A stretch of 64,000 nucleotides of DNA from an uncultured Chloroflexia bacterium (GCA_963849635.1 CAWKIA010000025.1:196194-260193), one strand, 5' to 3'; counted from the stretch's first letter, positions 10,807 to 21,994 are shown. Made by a program: numbers and translations. The notes: generated by a model from the sequence alone, not told the origin.

Positions 10807-11559
10807 TTACCCTCCAGTCGGACCGAACCGCTCGGTGCGGACGCGGTCGGCTGCAAATCCCATCCCCACCAGGAGCGTCGCGGCGCCCTCGACGAGAGGG
10901 GTCGGTCCACAGACGTAGGCAATTGCGCGATCGGACGGCGATCCAATCACTTCGCTCAGCATCGCTTGGTCGATCCGGCGGCGGTAACCGGTCCAACCGG
11001 CCGGCTGACCGCGGGTCAGGGTGTAGACAACTTGGCGATTGCCTTCGGCGGCGAGCCGATCCAATTCATCCCGAAAGATGACATCGTCCGCGGTGCGGGC
11101 GGAATAGAGCAATGTCGCCGGGATGCTGCTACCCTGGGCGGCGTGGTGGCGTAACATCGCCATGAGCGGCGCGACGCCGGAGCCGCCGGCAATCAGGTAG
11201 AGCGGGCCGCCGTCGGCGACCGTCCAGGTGAAGTACCCGCCGATCGGGCCACGCAACTCGAGCGGGTCGCCGACCCGGAGTTCGCTGGCCAGATATGGGG
11301 AGACTTCGCCGTCGTCCAGGCGCTCGACGGTGATCGCGATCCGCTCGCCGTCTTCGGGTGACGAGGAGATCGAGTAGGAGCGCTGGGCCTGGTAGCCATC
11401 CTCGGCGGTGAGGCGGACATCGACGTGCTGCCCGGCGCGATGCCCCGGCCAGCCTGGGACGGCGAGGACGATGCTCGTCGTCCGCGCGGTCTCGTGGATG
11501 ATGTCGACAGCCTCGGCGACGCGCCAGTTCAGTCGCCCCAGTACCGTTGTTCCTGCCAT
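10807..11559 (-). CDS. FAD/NAD(P)-binding ferredoxin-reductase-like oxidoreductase (FNR family)
   Basis: RSYSISS (R-x-Y-S FAD motif), the GGSGVAPLMAML NAD(P) motif, and CGP near the C-terminus. Overlaps the upstream Moco gene by 31 nt. Confidence 0.8.
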   Translation of the reverse strand: MAGTTVLGRLNWRVAEAVDIIHETARTTSIVLAVPGWPGHRAGQHVDVRLTAEDGYQAQRSYSISSSPEDGERIAITVERLDDGEVSPYLASELRVGDPLELRGPIGGYFTWTVADGGPLYLIAGGSGVAPLMAMLRHHAAQGSSIPATLLYSARTADDVIFRDELDRLAAEGNRQVVYTLTRGQPAGWTGYRRRIDQAMLSEVIGSPSDRAIAYVCGPTPLVEGAATLLVGMGFAADRVRTERFGPTGG

Positions 11560-12137
11560 GGGTCACCGTAGTTGTGGTAGCCGAGCGACTCCCAGAAACC
11601 GGGTTCGTCGTCGCTGCGGAGCTCAAGGCCGCGGACCCACTTTGCGCTTTTCCAGAAATAGAGGTGTGGCACCAGCAGGCGCGCCGGTCCTCCATGTTTG
11701 GGTTCGAGCGGTTCGCCGTCGAAGATATGGACGACCCAGGCTTTGCCGCCGGTGACATCTTCTAGCGGGATGTTCGTCGTGTAGCCGCCGTCGGAGTAGG
11801 CGACGATGTAGTCGCCCGAGGTCTCCACGCCCTCCAGGAGCGTATCGACCGAGACGCCCGTCCAGGTCGTGTCGAGCTTGGACCACTTGGTGACGCAGTG
11901 GATATCGACCGTAAAGGTTTCACTGGGGAGGGCGTTGAACTCTTCCCAGGTCCAGCGCTTTGCCTGTTCGACCTCACCGGTAATGGCAAAACTCCAGTTG
12001 TCGAGGTTCACCTTGGGAGTCGGACCGGCCGAGAGCACCGGAAAGTCGGTCGTCAGGTACTGTCCGGGTGGCAGACGGCCGCTGACATCCGGCTGCTGCC
12101 TCCGGCCACGGAACCCACGCGAGATGATTCCGCCCAT
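11529..12137 (-). CDS. Sulfite-oxidase-like molybdopterin-dependent oxidoreductase (Moco domain)
   Basis: 202 aa with WTGVSVDTLLE...YIVAYSDGGYTTNIPLEDV...ARLLVPHLYFWKSAKWVRGLEL, typical of the Oxidored_molyb / sulfite-oxidase family. Confidence 0.75.
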   Translation of the reverse strand: MGGIISRGFRGRRQQPDVSGRLPPGQYLTTDFPVLSAGPTPKVNLDNWSFAITGEVEQAKRWTWEEFNALPSETFTVDIHCVTKWSKLDTTWTGVSVDTLLEGVETSGDYIVAYSDGGYTTNIPLEDVTGGKAWVVHIFDGEPLEPKHGGPARLLVPHLYFWKSAKWVRGLELRSDDEPGFWESLGYHNYGDPWQEQRYWGD

Positions 12138-12261
12138 GTGGATTTCTCCTCGTGCTGGAAAGCGGAACTATACATGCCCGTTCATATCACGAATCGGTCC
12201 GGTCCACACGGGCAGGCGATTGAGGGCGCGAAAGACGAGCGTGCCATGGTAGGTGAGCTCT

Positions 12262-13428
<1,167 letters not shown>

Positions 13429-13534
13429 TGCGTTCAACTCGGGTGATGTGATCGATCTGGAAAGACTGAGCGGGAGACAGTTCGCTTCGAACCGTCCCCC
13501 GCCGTCATTGTGCATCAGGTCGAAGTCGGGGATT

Positions 13535-14386
13535 TTAGCCGGCGGCCTTCTCAAGGGCCCGCCGGGTAGCGACACCTACCAGGTGAGCCCGGTATTCAGC
13601 GGAAGCGTAGTGGTCGCCGTTGATCTCAAGGCCATCGGCGGCGACGGCGGCCGCGGCGCCGATACCGTCCGCATCGAGCTTTTTGCCAGCCAAGGCATTC
13701 TCGGCGGCGGTCGCCCGCGTTGCCTTGGTCGTGCAGCCAGTGACGGCGATCCGGGCGGAGGAGACAGTGCCATCGCCACCGACGGTGACCGCGACAGCGA
13801 CGCCGACGACGGCGTAGCCGGAGGCAGGGTGCTCCATCTTCTCGTATGCGGCCTTGACGCTCCCTTGCTTCGGGACGTGAACCTCGGTGATGACTTCCTC
13901 CGGGTTAAGCGAGGTCGTCAGGAGGTCGACGAAGAGATCATCGGCGGCGATCGTCCGCTCACCGGAGCCGCCGACTGCCTTGACCGACCCGTTCAAGACC
14001 AGGAAGACGGCAGTCAGGTCGGCGGCGGGATCCGAGTGGGCAAGCGAGCCACCCAGGGTTCCTCGCGCGCGGACCTGCATGTCACCGACGACGGCCGCCG
14101 ACGACGCCAGCAGCGGCACCGCCGACGCTAGCTCGGCAGAGTTCTGGAGCTGGCGGTAGGTCGTCATCGCACCGATCACGACGTTGTCGCCGCTGACATT
14201 GACGCCTGTCAGGCCCGGCACTCGGCCCAGATCGACCAGCGCACTCGGCGCGGCCAGGCGCATTTTCATCGCCGGGAGCAGGGAATGCCCTCCTGCGATC
14301 AGTTTGGCATCTGGGTCGGCTGCCAGGAGGGCGACCGCTTCCTGTACGCTGCCGGGACGGTGGTAGGCGAATTGACCTGGGAACAC
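13535..14386 (-). CDS. coxM: Molybdopterin dehydrogenase FAD-binding (medium) subunit, CoxM-like
   Basis: The FAD_binding_5 pattern AGGHSLLP...GTLGGSLAHSDPAADL, plus the C-terminal CO_deh_flav domain. Confidence 0.8.
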   Translation of the reverse strand: MFPGQFAYHRPGSVQEAVALLAADPDAKLIAGGHSLLPAMKMRLAAPSALVDLGRVPGLTGVNVSGDNVVIGAMTTYRQLQNSAELASAVPLLASSAAVVGDMQVRARGTLGGSLAHSDPAADLTAVFLVLNGSVKAVGGSGERTIAADDLFVDLLTTSLNPEEVITEVHVPKQGSVKAAYEKMEHPASGYAVVGVAVAVTVGGDGTVSSARIAVTGCTTKATRATAAENALAGKKLDADGIGAAAAVAADGLEINGDHYASAEYRAHLVGVATRRALEKAAG

Positions 14387-14431
14387 GGCATCTCTCCTCT
14401 AGCGAATCGGTGACGGTCGGGTGTTCGTTCG

Positions 14432-16852
14432 TTAGTCGGCGGCCATCGGCGTGGCTTGATTGGCGGAGCGTAGCGCTTGCCAGACACGCTCCGGGGTCAG
14501 GGGCATATCGATGTGGCGGATGCCAAGATGGGAGACAGCGTCGATGACCGCGTTGGCGACGGCCGGGGTCGAGGCGATGGTGCCAGCTTCGCCCGCGCCC
14601 TTGACGCCCATCGGGTTGGTCGGCGACGGCGTCACGGTGCGGTCGAGTTCGTAGACCGGGACCATGTGCGCCTTCGGAATGGCGTAGTCGCTCATCGTGC
14701 CGGTGAGAAGCTGGCCATTGTCATCGTAGACGGCACCTTCGTACAGCGCCTGGGCCAGGCCCTGGGCGATGCCGCCGTGGATCTGGCCGTCGACGATCAG
14801 CGGGTTGACCACGTTGCCGACGTCATCGACCGCGACGTAGCGGATGAGCTCGACTGTACCCGTATCCTGGTCGACCTCGACAACGCAGATGTGGGTGCCG
14901 AAGGGGAAGGTGCAGTTGGGCGGATCGTAGTAGGTCGTCTCGTCGAGGAATGGCTCCATACCCTCGGGCAGGTCGTAGGCAACGTGGGAGGCCAGAGCGA
15001 TCTCGCCGATGGTCTTCTGGCTGGCCGGGCTGCCCTTGACGTAGGCCTTGCCGTCCTCCCAGACGATGTCATCCGCGGCAGCCTCGAGCATGTGGGCGGC
15101 GAGGAGCTTGGCCTTCTCCTTGACCTTCGCCACGCTCTTGTAGATGGCGGTGCCACCGACCGCCATTGAGCGGCTGCCGTAGGAGCCGAAGCCGAACGGC
15201 GTGCCGAGCGTATCGGAATGCTTGATCTGGATGTCGTCGTAGGGCACGCCGAGCTCGTCGGCAACGAGCTGGGCGAAGGTCGTCTCGTGGCCCTGGCCGT
15301 GGGGCAGGCTGCCGGTCGTCACGACGACCTTGCCGGTGAGGTGGACCTTGACGTTGGCGCTTTCCCAGAGGCCGGCGCCCCAGCCTTCGCCGGGGAGACC
15401 GATCCACTTCGACGGCGCGACGCCGCAGACCTCGACGTAGGTCGAGAGGCCGACGCCAAGCAGCTTCTTCGCCCCGTCCGAGCGGCGCTTCGCCTGATCG
15501 GCCTTGAGATCCTCGTAGCCGACGATCTGGAGCGCCTTGTCGAGAGCGGGCTCGTAGTTGCCGCTGTCGTAGGGCAGCATGCCGATGCCGGTGTCGAACG
15601 GGAAGTCGGCCGGCTGGATGAAGTTGCGGCGGCGAACGTCGGCCGGATCGACGCCGGTGGCGTCGGCGACCAGGTCGCAGACCCGCTCGATGACGAAGGC
15701 CGCTTCCGGCCGGCCGGCGCCGCGGTAGGCATCGACCATCGCGGTGTTGGTGTAGGTGCCGACGACATCGACGCGGATGTTCGGGATCTTGTAGCAGCCC
15801 GCGATCATCCGGCCGTAGAGCGTCGTCGGGATACCGGCGGCGATGGTGGAGAAGTAGGCGCCGATGTTGGCCCAGGTCTTCACCTTCAGCGCGGTGATCT
15901 TGCCGTCCTTGGTGGCGCCGATTTCGACGTCGGTGATGTGGTCGCGGCCGTGGGTGGTGGTCAGGTAGTTCTCCGACCGATCCTCGACGAATTTGACGGG
16001 GCGACCGCCGAGCTTCTTCGACAGGGCGAGCACCAGAGCCATGTCGTAGTAGAGGAAGATCTTGCAGCCGAAGCCGCCGCCGACATCCGGGGAGATGACC
16101 CGAATGTTCTGTTCTGGCACGCCCAGCACGAACGCCGCCAGCAGCAGCCGGTGGACGTGCGGCGCCTGGGAGGTGGCCCAAAGCGTGTACTGATCGGTGC
16201 CCGGATCCCAGGAGCCGATCGACCCGCTGGTCTCCATCGGGGTCGGAATCAGGCGCTGGTTGATCAGGTGCTGCTCGAGCCGGACCTCGGAGGAGGCCAG
16301 AGCGGCGTCGACCTCAGCGGTCTCCTTGCCGCAGGACCATTCGAGGACGATGTTGTTCGGCGCGTTCTCGTGGAGTTGCGGCGCGCCGGGCTCGGTCGCC
16401 TTCTTGGCGTCGACGACGGCGGGTAGCTCCTCGTACTGGACGTCGATCGCTTCGAGGGCATCGACGGCCTGCTCGAGGCGCTTTGCCACCACGACGGCGA
16501 TGCCGTCGCCGACCTGGTGGACCTCGCCGACCTGGAGCACGCGGGGAGTGTTGACGTTGTTCTGGACCTTGGCCGCCTGCCACGCCGCCGGCAGGGGGTT
16601 GACGTCCATGAAGTCGTCGCCGGTGAAGACGCCGATCACGCCGGGCATGGATTTCGCCCGGCTGGTGTCGATGCTCAAGATATTGGCGTGGGCGTATGGT
16701 GACCGCAGGATGGCCGCGTGGGTCATGCCCGCGAGCTTGACGTCATCGAGGAAGTTCCCGTTGCCTGAGATCAGCCGCGGGTCCTCTCGCCGTTTCAATG
16801 CCTGGCCGACCATCTTCCGCGGCTTTTCAACCGCATCGAGGGCTTCGCTCAT
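14432..16852 (-). CDS. coxL: Xanthine-dehydrogenase-family molybdopterin-binding large subunit, form II CoxL-like (AYRGAGR)
   Basis: Active-site loop MVDAYRGAGRPEAAF is the form II motif, not the AYXCSFR motif of true CO dehydrogenases. GGGFG motif present. RBS GGGAGG lies 6 nt upstream of the Met at 16852; the ORF itself extends to 16942. Confidence 0.85.
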   Translation of the reverse strand: MSEALDAVEKPRKMVGQALKRREDPRLISGNGNFLDDVKLAGMTHAAILRSPYAHANILSIDTSRAKSMPGVIGVFTGDDFMDVNPLPAAWQAAKVQNNVNTPRVLQVGEVHQVGDGIAVVVAKRLEQAVDALEAIDVQYEELPAVVDAKKATEPGAPQLHENAPNNIVLEWSCGKETAEVDAALASSEVRLEQHLINQRLIPTPMETSGSIGSWDPGTDQYTLWATSQAPHVHRLLLAAFVLGVPEQNIRVISPDVGGGFGCKIFLYYDMALVLALSKKLGGRPVKFVEDRSENYLTTTHGRDHITDVEIGATKDGKITALKVKTWANIGAYFSTIAAGIPTTLYGRMIAGCYKIPNIRVDVVGTYTNTAMVDAYRGAGRPEAAFVIERVCDLVADATGVDPADVRRRNFIQPADFPFDTGIGMLPYDSGNYEPALDKALQIVGYEDLKADQAKRRSDGAKKLLGVGLSTYVEVCGVAPSKWIGLPGEGWGAGLWESANVKVHLTGKVVVTTGSLPHGQGHETTFAQLVADELGVPYDDIQIKHSDTLGTPFGFGSYGSRSMAVGGTAIYKSVAKVKEKAKLLAAHMLEAAADDIVWEDGKAYVKGSPASQKTIGEIALASHVAYDLPEGMEPFLDETTYYDPPNCTFPFGTHICVVEVDQDTGTVELIRYVAVDDVGNVVNPLIVDGQIHGGIAQGLAQALYEGAVYDDNGQLLTGTMSDYAIPKAHMVPVYELDRTVTPSPTNPMGVKGAGEAGTIASTPAVANAVIDAVSHLGIRHIDMPLTPERVWQALRSANQATPMAAD

Positions 16853-16878
16853 CCATGACCTCCCACGACGGCGTGGAA

Positions 16879-16945
16879 CGAGACGTGAGACGTGAGACGC
16901 GAGACGTGAGTACTTCGTCGTTGCTCCCGTCTCACGTCTCACGTC

Positions 16946-16950
<5 letters not shown>
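16879..16950. repeat. Hairpin-forming tandem heptamer repeat in the coxS-coxL spacer
   Basis: CGAGACGTGAGACGTGAGACGCGAGACGTGAG, a 17-nt loop, then CCCGTCTCACGTCTCACGTCTCACG. The arms are reverse complements, giving a stem of about 22 bp. Confidence 0.7.
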
Positions 16951-17437
<487 letters not shown>

Positions 17438-17679
17438 GCTTCCTGCCTCTCCTTCTGGTGCGCACCAGCGCGCGGGGCGTCAACCGATACCGAATGGCCG
17501 TAGGAACAACTGCATGATCTTACCGCAACAGCAGAGGGTGTAAAGGAAGCGCGGTCGAAGAACGTTACTCAGTTATTGACTAATTACATTCTGACTCGGA
17601 GAGTTGAAGGGGAGGATGCAGCCGTGGATTGGCCGATGAAGTCTGTGGAGGTATCCGGCGACGGGGTGAGTTCGCCAAG

Positions 17680-17722
17680 CCCCCTTCCCCCCGTTCCTCC
17701 ATAGCGCAGCAGGGGAAGGGGG
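17680..17722. other. Stem-loop CCCCCTTCCCC-N21-GGGGAAGGGGG in the cox upstream region
   Basis: Perfect 11-bp inverted repeat. Confidence 0.5.
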
Positions 17723-17766
17723 AATCCTGCCGGGCGAGTATCGGACTTCGTCATTCCCCACCCCGG

Positions 17767-17912
17767 CGTCATCCTGAGCGTGCGAAGGATCTTGGCGCGT
17801 CAGCGCCTTCGTGCTCGTTGGGGAAGACGGGCATCACGTATTCCGAGTGGCGTCGGGGTCGGCGGCAAAGGCCGCAGAGCGGCCAGGATCCTTCGCTCCG
17901 CTCAGGATGACG
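17767..17912. mobile_element. MITE-like element, copy A (about 146 bp, 25-bp terminal inverted repeats CGTCATCCTGAGCGtgCGAAGGATC)
   Basis: The left arm at 17767-17791 and the right arm at 17887-17912 are near-perfect reverse complements. The ends are shared with copy B at 46942-47089. Confidence 0.6.
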
Positions 17913-17985
17913 ATGGTGGCGGGGCGCCTTCCCAGCGTTGGGCAGTCGATGGCCTAGTGGGGCTGCCGTGGCATGGTGCGCTGCG

Positions 17986-18060
17986 ACCTGCGAGGCGGGA
18001 ACCTCCGGGAGCGGGGCGACCGGGCGCGCTACAACCTGCGAGGAGGGCCCTCCGGGAGCG
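17986..18060. repeat. 27-bp direct repeat, two copies 48 bp apart: ACCTGCGAGG(c/a)GGG(aa/cc)CTCCGGGAGCG
   Basis: Copies at 17986-18013 and 18034-18060, in the roughly 800-bp non-coding region upstream of the cox operon. Confidence 0.6.
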
Positions 18061-18242
18061 AACTGGCGGGGACTGGATGATGGCTGCTGTCCGAGCCGGA
18101 CGGTTTGATGCGCTGCCCGGGCCCGTGCCCTAGCCGGGTGTGCCGCTTGCCTGAGTGCGGGATCAGACTTCCTCCCCGCCGGATTCTTCTGAGTGTGGTT
18201 TGGGACGTATTGATCGTGTGACGAGTCCATCGAAGTGGAGCA

Positions 18243-18602
18243 CTAGTCGGCGATCAGTTGCTCCAAGAAATGCGTGATCGTGGCGACCTTGGGCCCACGC
18301 TGCTTTGCCACGGTTTCAATTGCAAGAGCGTCGTCCCGGCCAATTCCACGGAGACGAGCAATCTCGAGCGTGTCAGCGAGTTCAGGGTGGCGAAACACGA
18401 AGTCGGCGGTGAGTCCCTCAATTTGAATTCCAACAGGGGATCCGGTCGACTCGTCCATTCGCACGAACACGGTGTCGAATGGGTCGTCAATAAGGAAGCT
18501 CGTAGCCCGGCGAGGACGCTCGAAAAGTGAAACAAGCATGGTGTCACTCGGACTGTCGTAGACAAACTCAACCTCTGCCGGCTTCTCAGTAACGGCGTCC
18601 AA
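18243..18602 (-). CDS. DUF2283-like small protein
   Basis: EVEFVYDSPSDTMLVSLFERP...GSPVGIQIEGL resembles the DUF2283 pattern (Y-D-x-E-x-D-x-L-Y-I ... G-x-V-V-G-I-E-I-L). The start at 18602 is a TTG and therefore uncertain. Confidence 0.45.
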   Translation of the reverse strand: MDAVTEKPAEVEFVYDSPSDTMLVSLFERPRRATSFLIDDPFDTVFVRMDESTGSPVGIQIEGLTADFVFRHPELADTLEIARLRGIGRDDALAIETVAKQRGPKVATITHFLEQLIAD

Positions 18603-18970
18603 AATGCTTTGGAGTTGCGACTAGTTGATGTGGTTCACCATAGATGTCGTTCCCGGAGGTCGACTTCGTCAACCACAAACTCGGAATCAGATTGGCCCAT
18701 GTCGCCAAGGCGTTCCGCAGCACGGTATAAGCGCCGCGAAAATGCAGTGAAACCCGTCGCGGGATCACGAGTGGAGCATTGTATTCTCGGTGCTATAGTG
18801 TCGCCGACCCGATAAACAGTTAGTGGCCTGGGACCAGACCACGTCGCAGGTCGGAGAGTCTGGTGCGTAATCCCTTTGCGGCCCGGTTGGCAACTTCGGG
18901 AGTCGCCAAGCTTTCGGCTGTGCCTGCCGCTCAGGCGATTCCTGGCGTTGAGGCCGAGCGCGGTGACGGC

Positions 18971-20165
18971 ATGTTCGCCGCACTGCGGCGGTATCCGACC
19001 TACCGCAAGTTGTGGGTCGGGATGCTGTGTGCCTCGCTCGGGCAGTGGATGCAGAATGTTGCCCTGGCGTGGATTGCGCTCGATCTGACCGATTCGGAGT
19101 TTTTCGTCGGGCTCGTCGGGTTCATGGCGGGGCTGCCGTTCCTGGTGGTGTCGATTCCGGCGGGGGTGCTGGTCGATCGGATGGATCGGCGGAAGCTGCT
19201 GCTCATCTGTCAGGTGCTGGCGACGGTGCTGGCGGTGACTGTGGCGACGGTGGTTATCCTCGGCCTCGTGGAGCCGTGGCAGCTGCTGATCGCGGCGTTC
19301 CTCAATGGCTCGTTGCAGGCAACGATGACACCGACTCAGCAGTCGATCATGCCGGCGCTGGTCGAGCGGAAGGACCTGACCAACGCGATTGCGCTCAACA
19401 GCGCGGGGATGAATATCACCCGCGCGGGGGGGCCATTCATCGCGGGGGCGTTCATCGGGTTTGCCGGGGCTGGCTCCGCGTTTGTCCTGCAGGCGATTGC
19501 GCTGGTCGTTTCGTTCTTCTTGATTGTCCGGATTCCATCTGCCGGCTCATATGCCGCGGCGAGCGGCGGGTGGGGTCAAGAGCGCGTTCGAGGGGATCCG
19601 GCTGATCGCTCAGCGCGAGGATCTGCGCGCGCTTTTCCTGCTGGCGTGCATCCCGACATTCTTCGTCTTCCCGTACATCCAGTTCCTGTCGATCTTTGCC
19701 CGCGACATCCTCGAGATCGGCGCTGCCGGCATGGGCCTCTTGATGGGGGCGTCCGGGCTGGGGGCGGTCACCGGTTCGCTGCTCATGGCGAAGCGCCAGG
19801 ACACGGCCGGGGCGGGGCGGCTCAATGTCATCTTGACCGTGATCTATGGGGCGTTTGTCGTCGGGATTGCGCTGTCGCCGTGGGTGTGGCTCTCGCTGCC
19901 GCTGCTCTTCGTAGCTGGGGCAGTTGGCGCGATGTATATGAGCTCGAACAACGCGCTGATCCAGCTCCGCATCTCGGATGAGGTGCGGGGTCGAGTGATG
20001 GCCGCCTATCTGCTCACGTTCGGGTTGATGCCGCTGGGCGCGATGCCGATGGGGATCGTGGCCAATCTTTTCAGCACGCAGGCGGCGGTGGCCGGCGGGG
20101 CGATCACGTCGTCCGTGCTGGCGGCGATTGTCGGGTTCCGCTCGCAGGCGCTGCGCAACATCTAA
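18971..20165 (+). CDS. MFS transporter, interrupted by a frameshift near 19565-19580
   Basis: ORF 18863..19981 (12 TM-type N-half: LGQWMQNVALAWIALDLT..., MDRRKLLL) continues in ORF 19524..20165 (GVKSAFEGIRLIAQ...). The shift falls in the G-rich run GGCGGGTGGGG. Confidence 0.8.
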
Positions 20166-21475
20166 GAAACCACCTCGCCCGTGACCGCCACGGATTCGCT
20201 ACGCCCGTTCGGATCCGTGAGCAGTTCGGTGATGATCCGGACCGTCTCCTGGCGGAGGGCACCGTTGAGCGATGCGGAGTAGCGGCTGATATCGCGCAAA
20301 AGTGGAGTCAGATTGGTGACCGGAGGCTGGATCGGCCCGAACTCGGCGCGCAGTTTGGCGCGGTACCAGCTGCCGATCCGGCGGCGCACTTTGTTCATCG
20401 AAGGCGCCTCGCCGCCGTTGTTGACGGCCAGCCGGTTGATCAACTCTCGCAACTCGCGGTTGATAATCGGCAGGCCAGCCACCTGCTCCACCTGAATGCG
20501 CTGGTTGCGCACGCTCTGGACCTCGAGATCCCAGTTCTGGATTAGCTCCCAGGCGGAGCGTGCTCCGACGCTGCGGGCGACAACGTGCTCGCGGACGGCC
20601 TCTTCGTCCATCAGGCGCGTGTCGGCATAGGTGAGCAGGGGCCCGGTCGCGTCCATCCAGCAGCCACCGGCGGCCCGTGCGAGGCGGAAGTAATAGAGCG
20701 CGGCCAGGAGGCTGTCGTCGATCGATACCGGCAGGCGGTCGATAGCGGCCAAGGGCGCCATAATCGATGCGCCCGCGACTGGTGCAAAGAACTCAGCTCC
20801 GCTCGCTGGAAACATCTCAACCTGATCGGCGCGAACCGTGCTGCGCACGATCCCGTGCCGCTTGCGCAGCATGAGATGGGTCAGGGGAAAGTCGGGGCAA
20901 ATGAACAGCCCATCGACGAGCAGCGGCTCGTGCAGATCGCCGAGCAGGTCTTCGATGAGCGGTCCGAGGGTGAGCAGTCCGGAGAGCACCTCGCTGCTGA
21001 CCTGCTTCGCGCGGGCGGTCTCGACCGAGAACTTGGCATCGGCGGCCTGGAGGGTGTGCCGACCGTCGTGCTCGCCGATGATGAAGAAGTCGGGATTCTG
21101 CAGGGCCTGGCTGGCGGCGGTCGCGGCGATGGCCGGGGTGTCATCCAGGCGGACGACACGGTCGACTCTATGGGCCTCGAACGGCGCCGCGCGGTTGAGA
21201 TTGGCGGGGACGCTCAGCGTCCGGCCGTGCCAACCGGCTACGTGCTCGGCGCAAAGGTCGGCCCAGCGGGCTCCGACGAGTCCGCTGGCGCCGCCCTTGT
21301 CGGCGAGACCCATGACAGTGCGGTCCAGCACAGCCTCGATGAGGCCGCCACCTGGCAACCGGGGCGCACGAATTGTTCCGTCGCGGCTGTCACCGGCTCG
21401 CCGGTGCTCGCGCTGGGACGCAGGCGGTATCTTGGAGACTTGAGGACGCAACTCGCTCTTTATCTGTTCCGACAA
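20162..21475 (-). CDS. Hypothetical protein (437 aa) with a possible PD-(D/E)xK-like motif
   Basis: Globular-looking composition, whereas the antisense ORF 20585..21502 is Gly/Asp/Glu-rich nonsense. FFIIGEHDGRHTLQAADAKF fits hhhhD...(D/E)xK. I recognise no family. The start is a TTG and uncertain; an alternative Met lies at 21313. Confidence 0.5.
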   Translation of the reverse strand: MSEQIKSELRPQVSKIPPASQREHRRAGDSRDGTIRAPRLPGGGLIEAVLDRTVMGLADKGGASGLVGARWADLCAEHVAGWHGRTLSVPANLNRAAPFEAHRVDRVVRLDDTPAIAATAASQALQNPDFFIIGEHDGRHTLQAADAKFSVETARAKQVSSEVLSGLLTLGPLIEDLLGDLHEPLLVDGLFICPDFPLTHLMLRKRHGIVRSTVRADQVEMFPASGAEFFAPVAGASIMAPLAAIDRLPVSIDDSLLAALYYFRLARAAGGCWMDATGPLLTYADTRLMDEEAVREHVVARSVGARSAWELIQNWDLEVQSVRNQRIQVEQVAGLPIINRELRELINRLAVNNGGEAPSMNKVRRRIGSWYRAKLRAEFGPIQPPVTNLTPLLRDISRYSASLNGALRQETVRIITELLTDPNGRSESVAVTGEVVS

Positions 21476-21994
21476 CTCGATGTCCTGGCGATGGGCGGAT
21501 GATCATTCTGCCTAAATCATACCAGGGAGGATTTCGACGACCAAAGCGAGCTGGTCCGTCGTGCTAGACTCGCAGGCGCGGTTTTTCCCAACTCGGCGAT
21601 GCTGTTACGCCAACGGCTCCAAACAGGTGGATCAGCTCAGGAGTGCCCACGCTCGCGATGCCTATTCGCCCGTTTCAACAACAAGCGCCGTCGCCGCTCG
21701 ATGGCCACATCCATACCTTTCTCGACTTTCTCGACACGCTGCCGGCTGGATTCGCGCCCGCGACCTCATCGGACGTGACCGCCGCCGCGGATGCCTGCAA
21801 TGTCTCCACGCCTTTTATCGAAGCCCTGTTCACCAGCGCCAGCACTCGGGGACTCGTCGAGCCGTTTCAGCCGCGGGGATCTCGTGGCCGGTACCGCTGG
21901 CGAGTCTCAGCCCGGGGAAGGCACTGGCGATCCGAAATTTTGTAGAGATCTTCATCTTTTTACCGCTCTTCGGAATGACTGGAGTTTGCCCGAG

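Noticed and set aside
15069-16426. Long ORFs 15069..16181 (minus strand, other frame) and 15218..16426 (plus strand)
   Set aside because: Both overlap coxL. They are Arg/Pro/Gly-rich frames typical of high-GC DNA, and coxL in its own frame is fully conserved.
20585-21502. 305-aa plus-strand ORF overlapping the 437-aa hypothetical gene
   Set aside because: Gly/Asp/Glu/Arg-rich, antisense-like composition. The minus-strand ORF has balanced hydrophobic periodicity.
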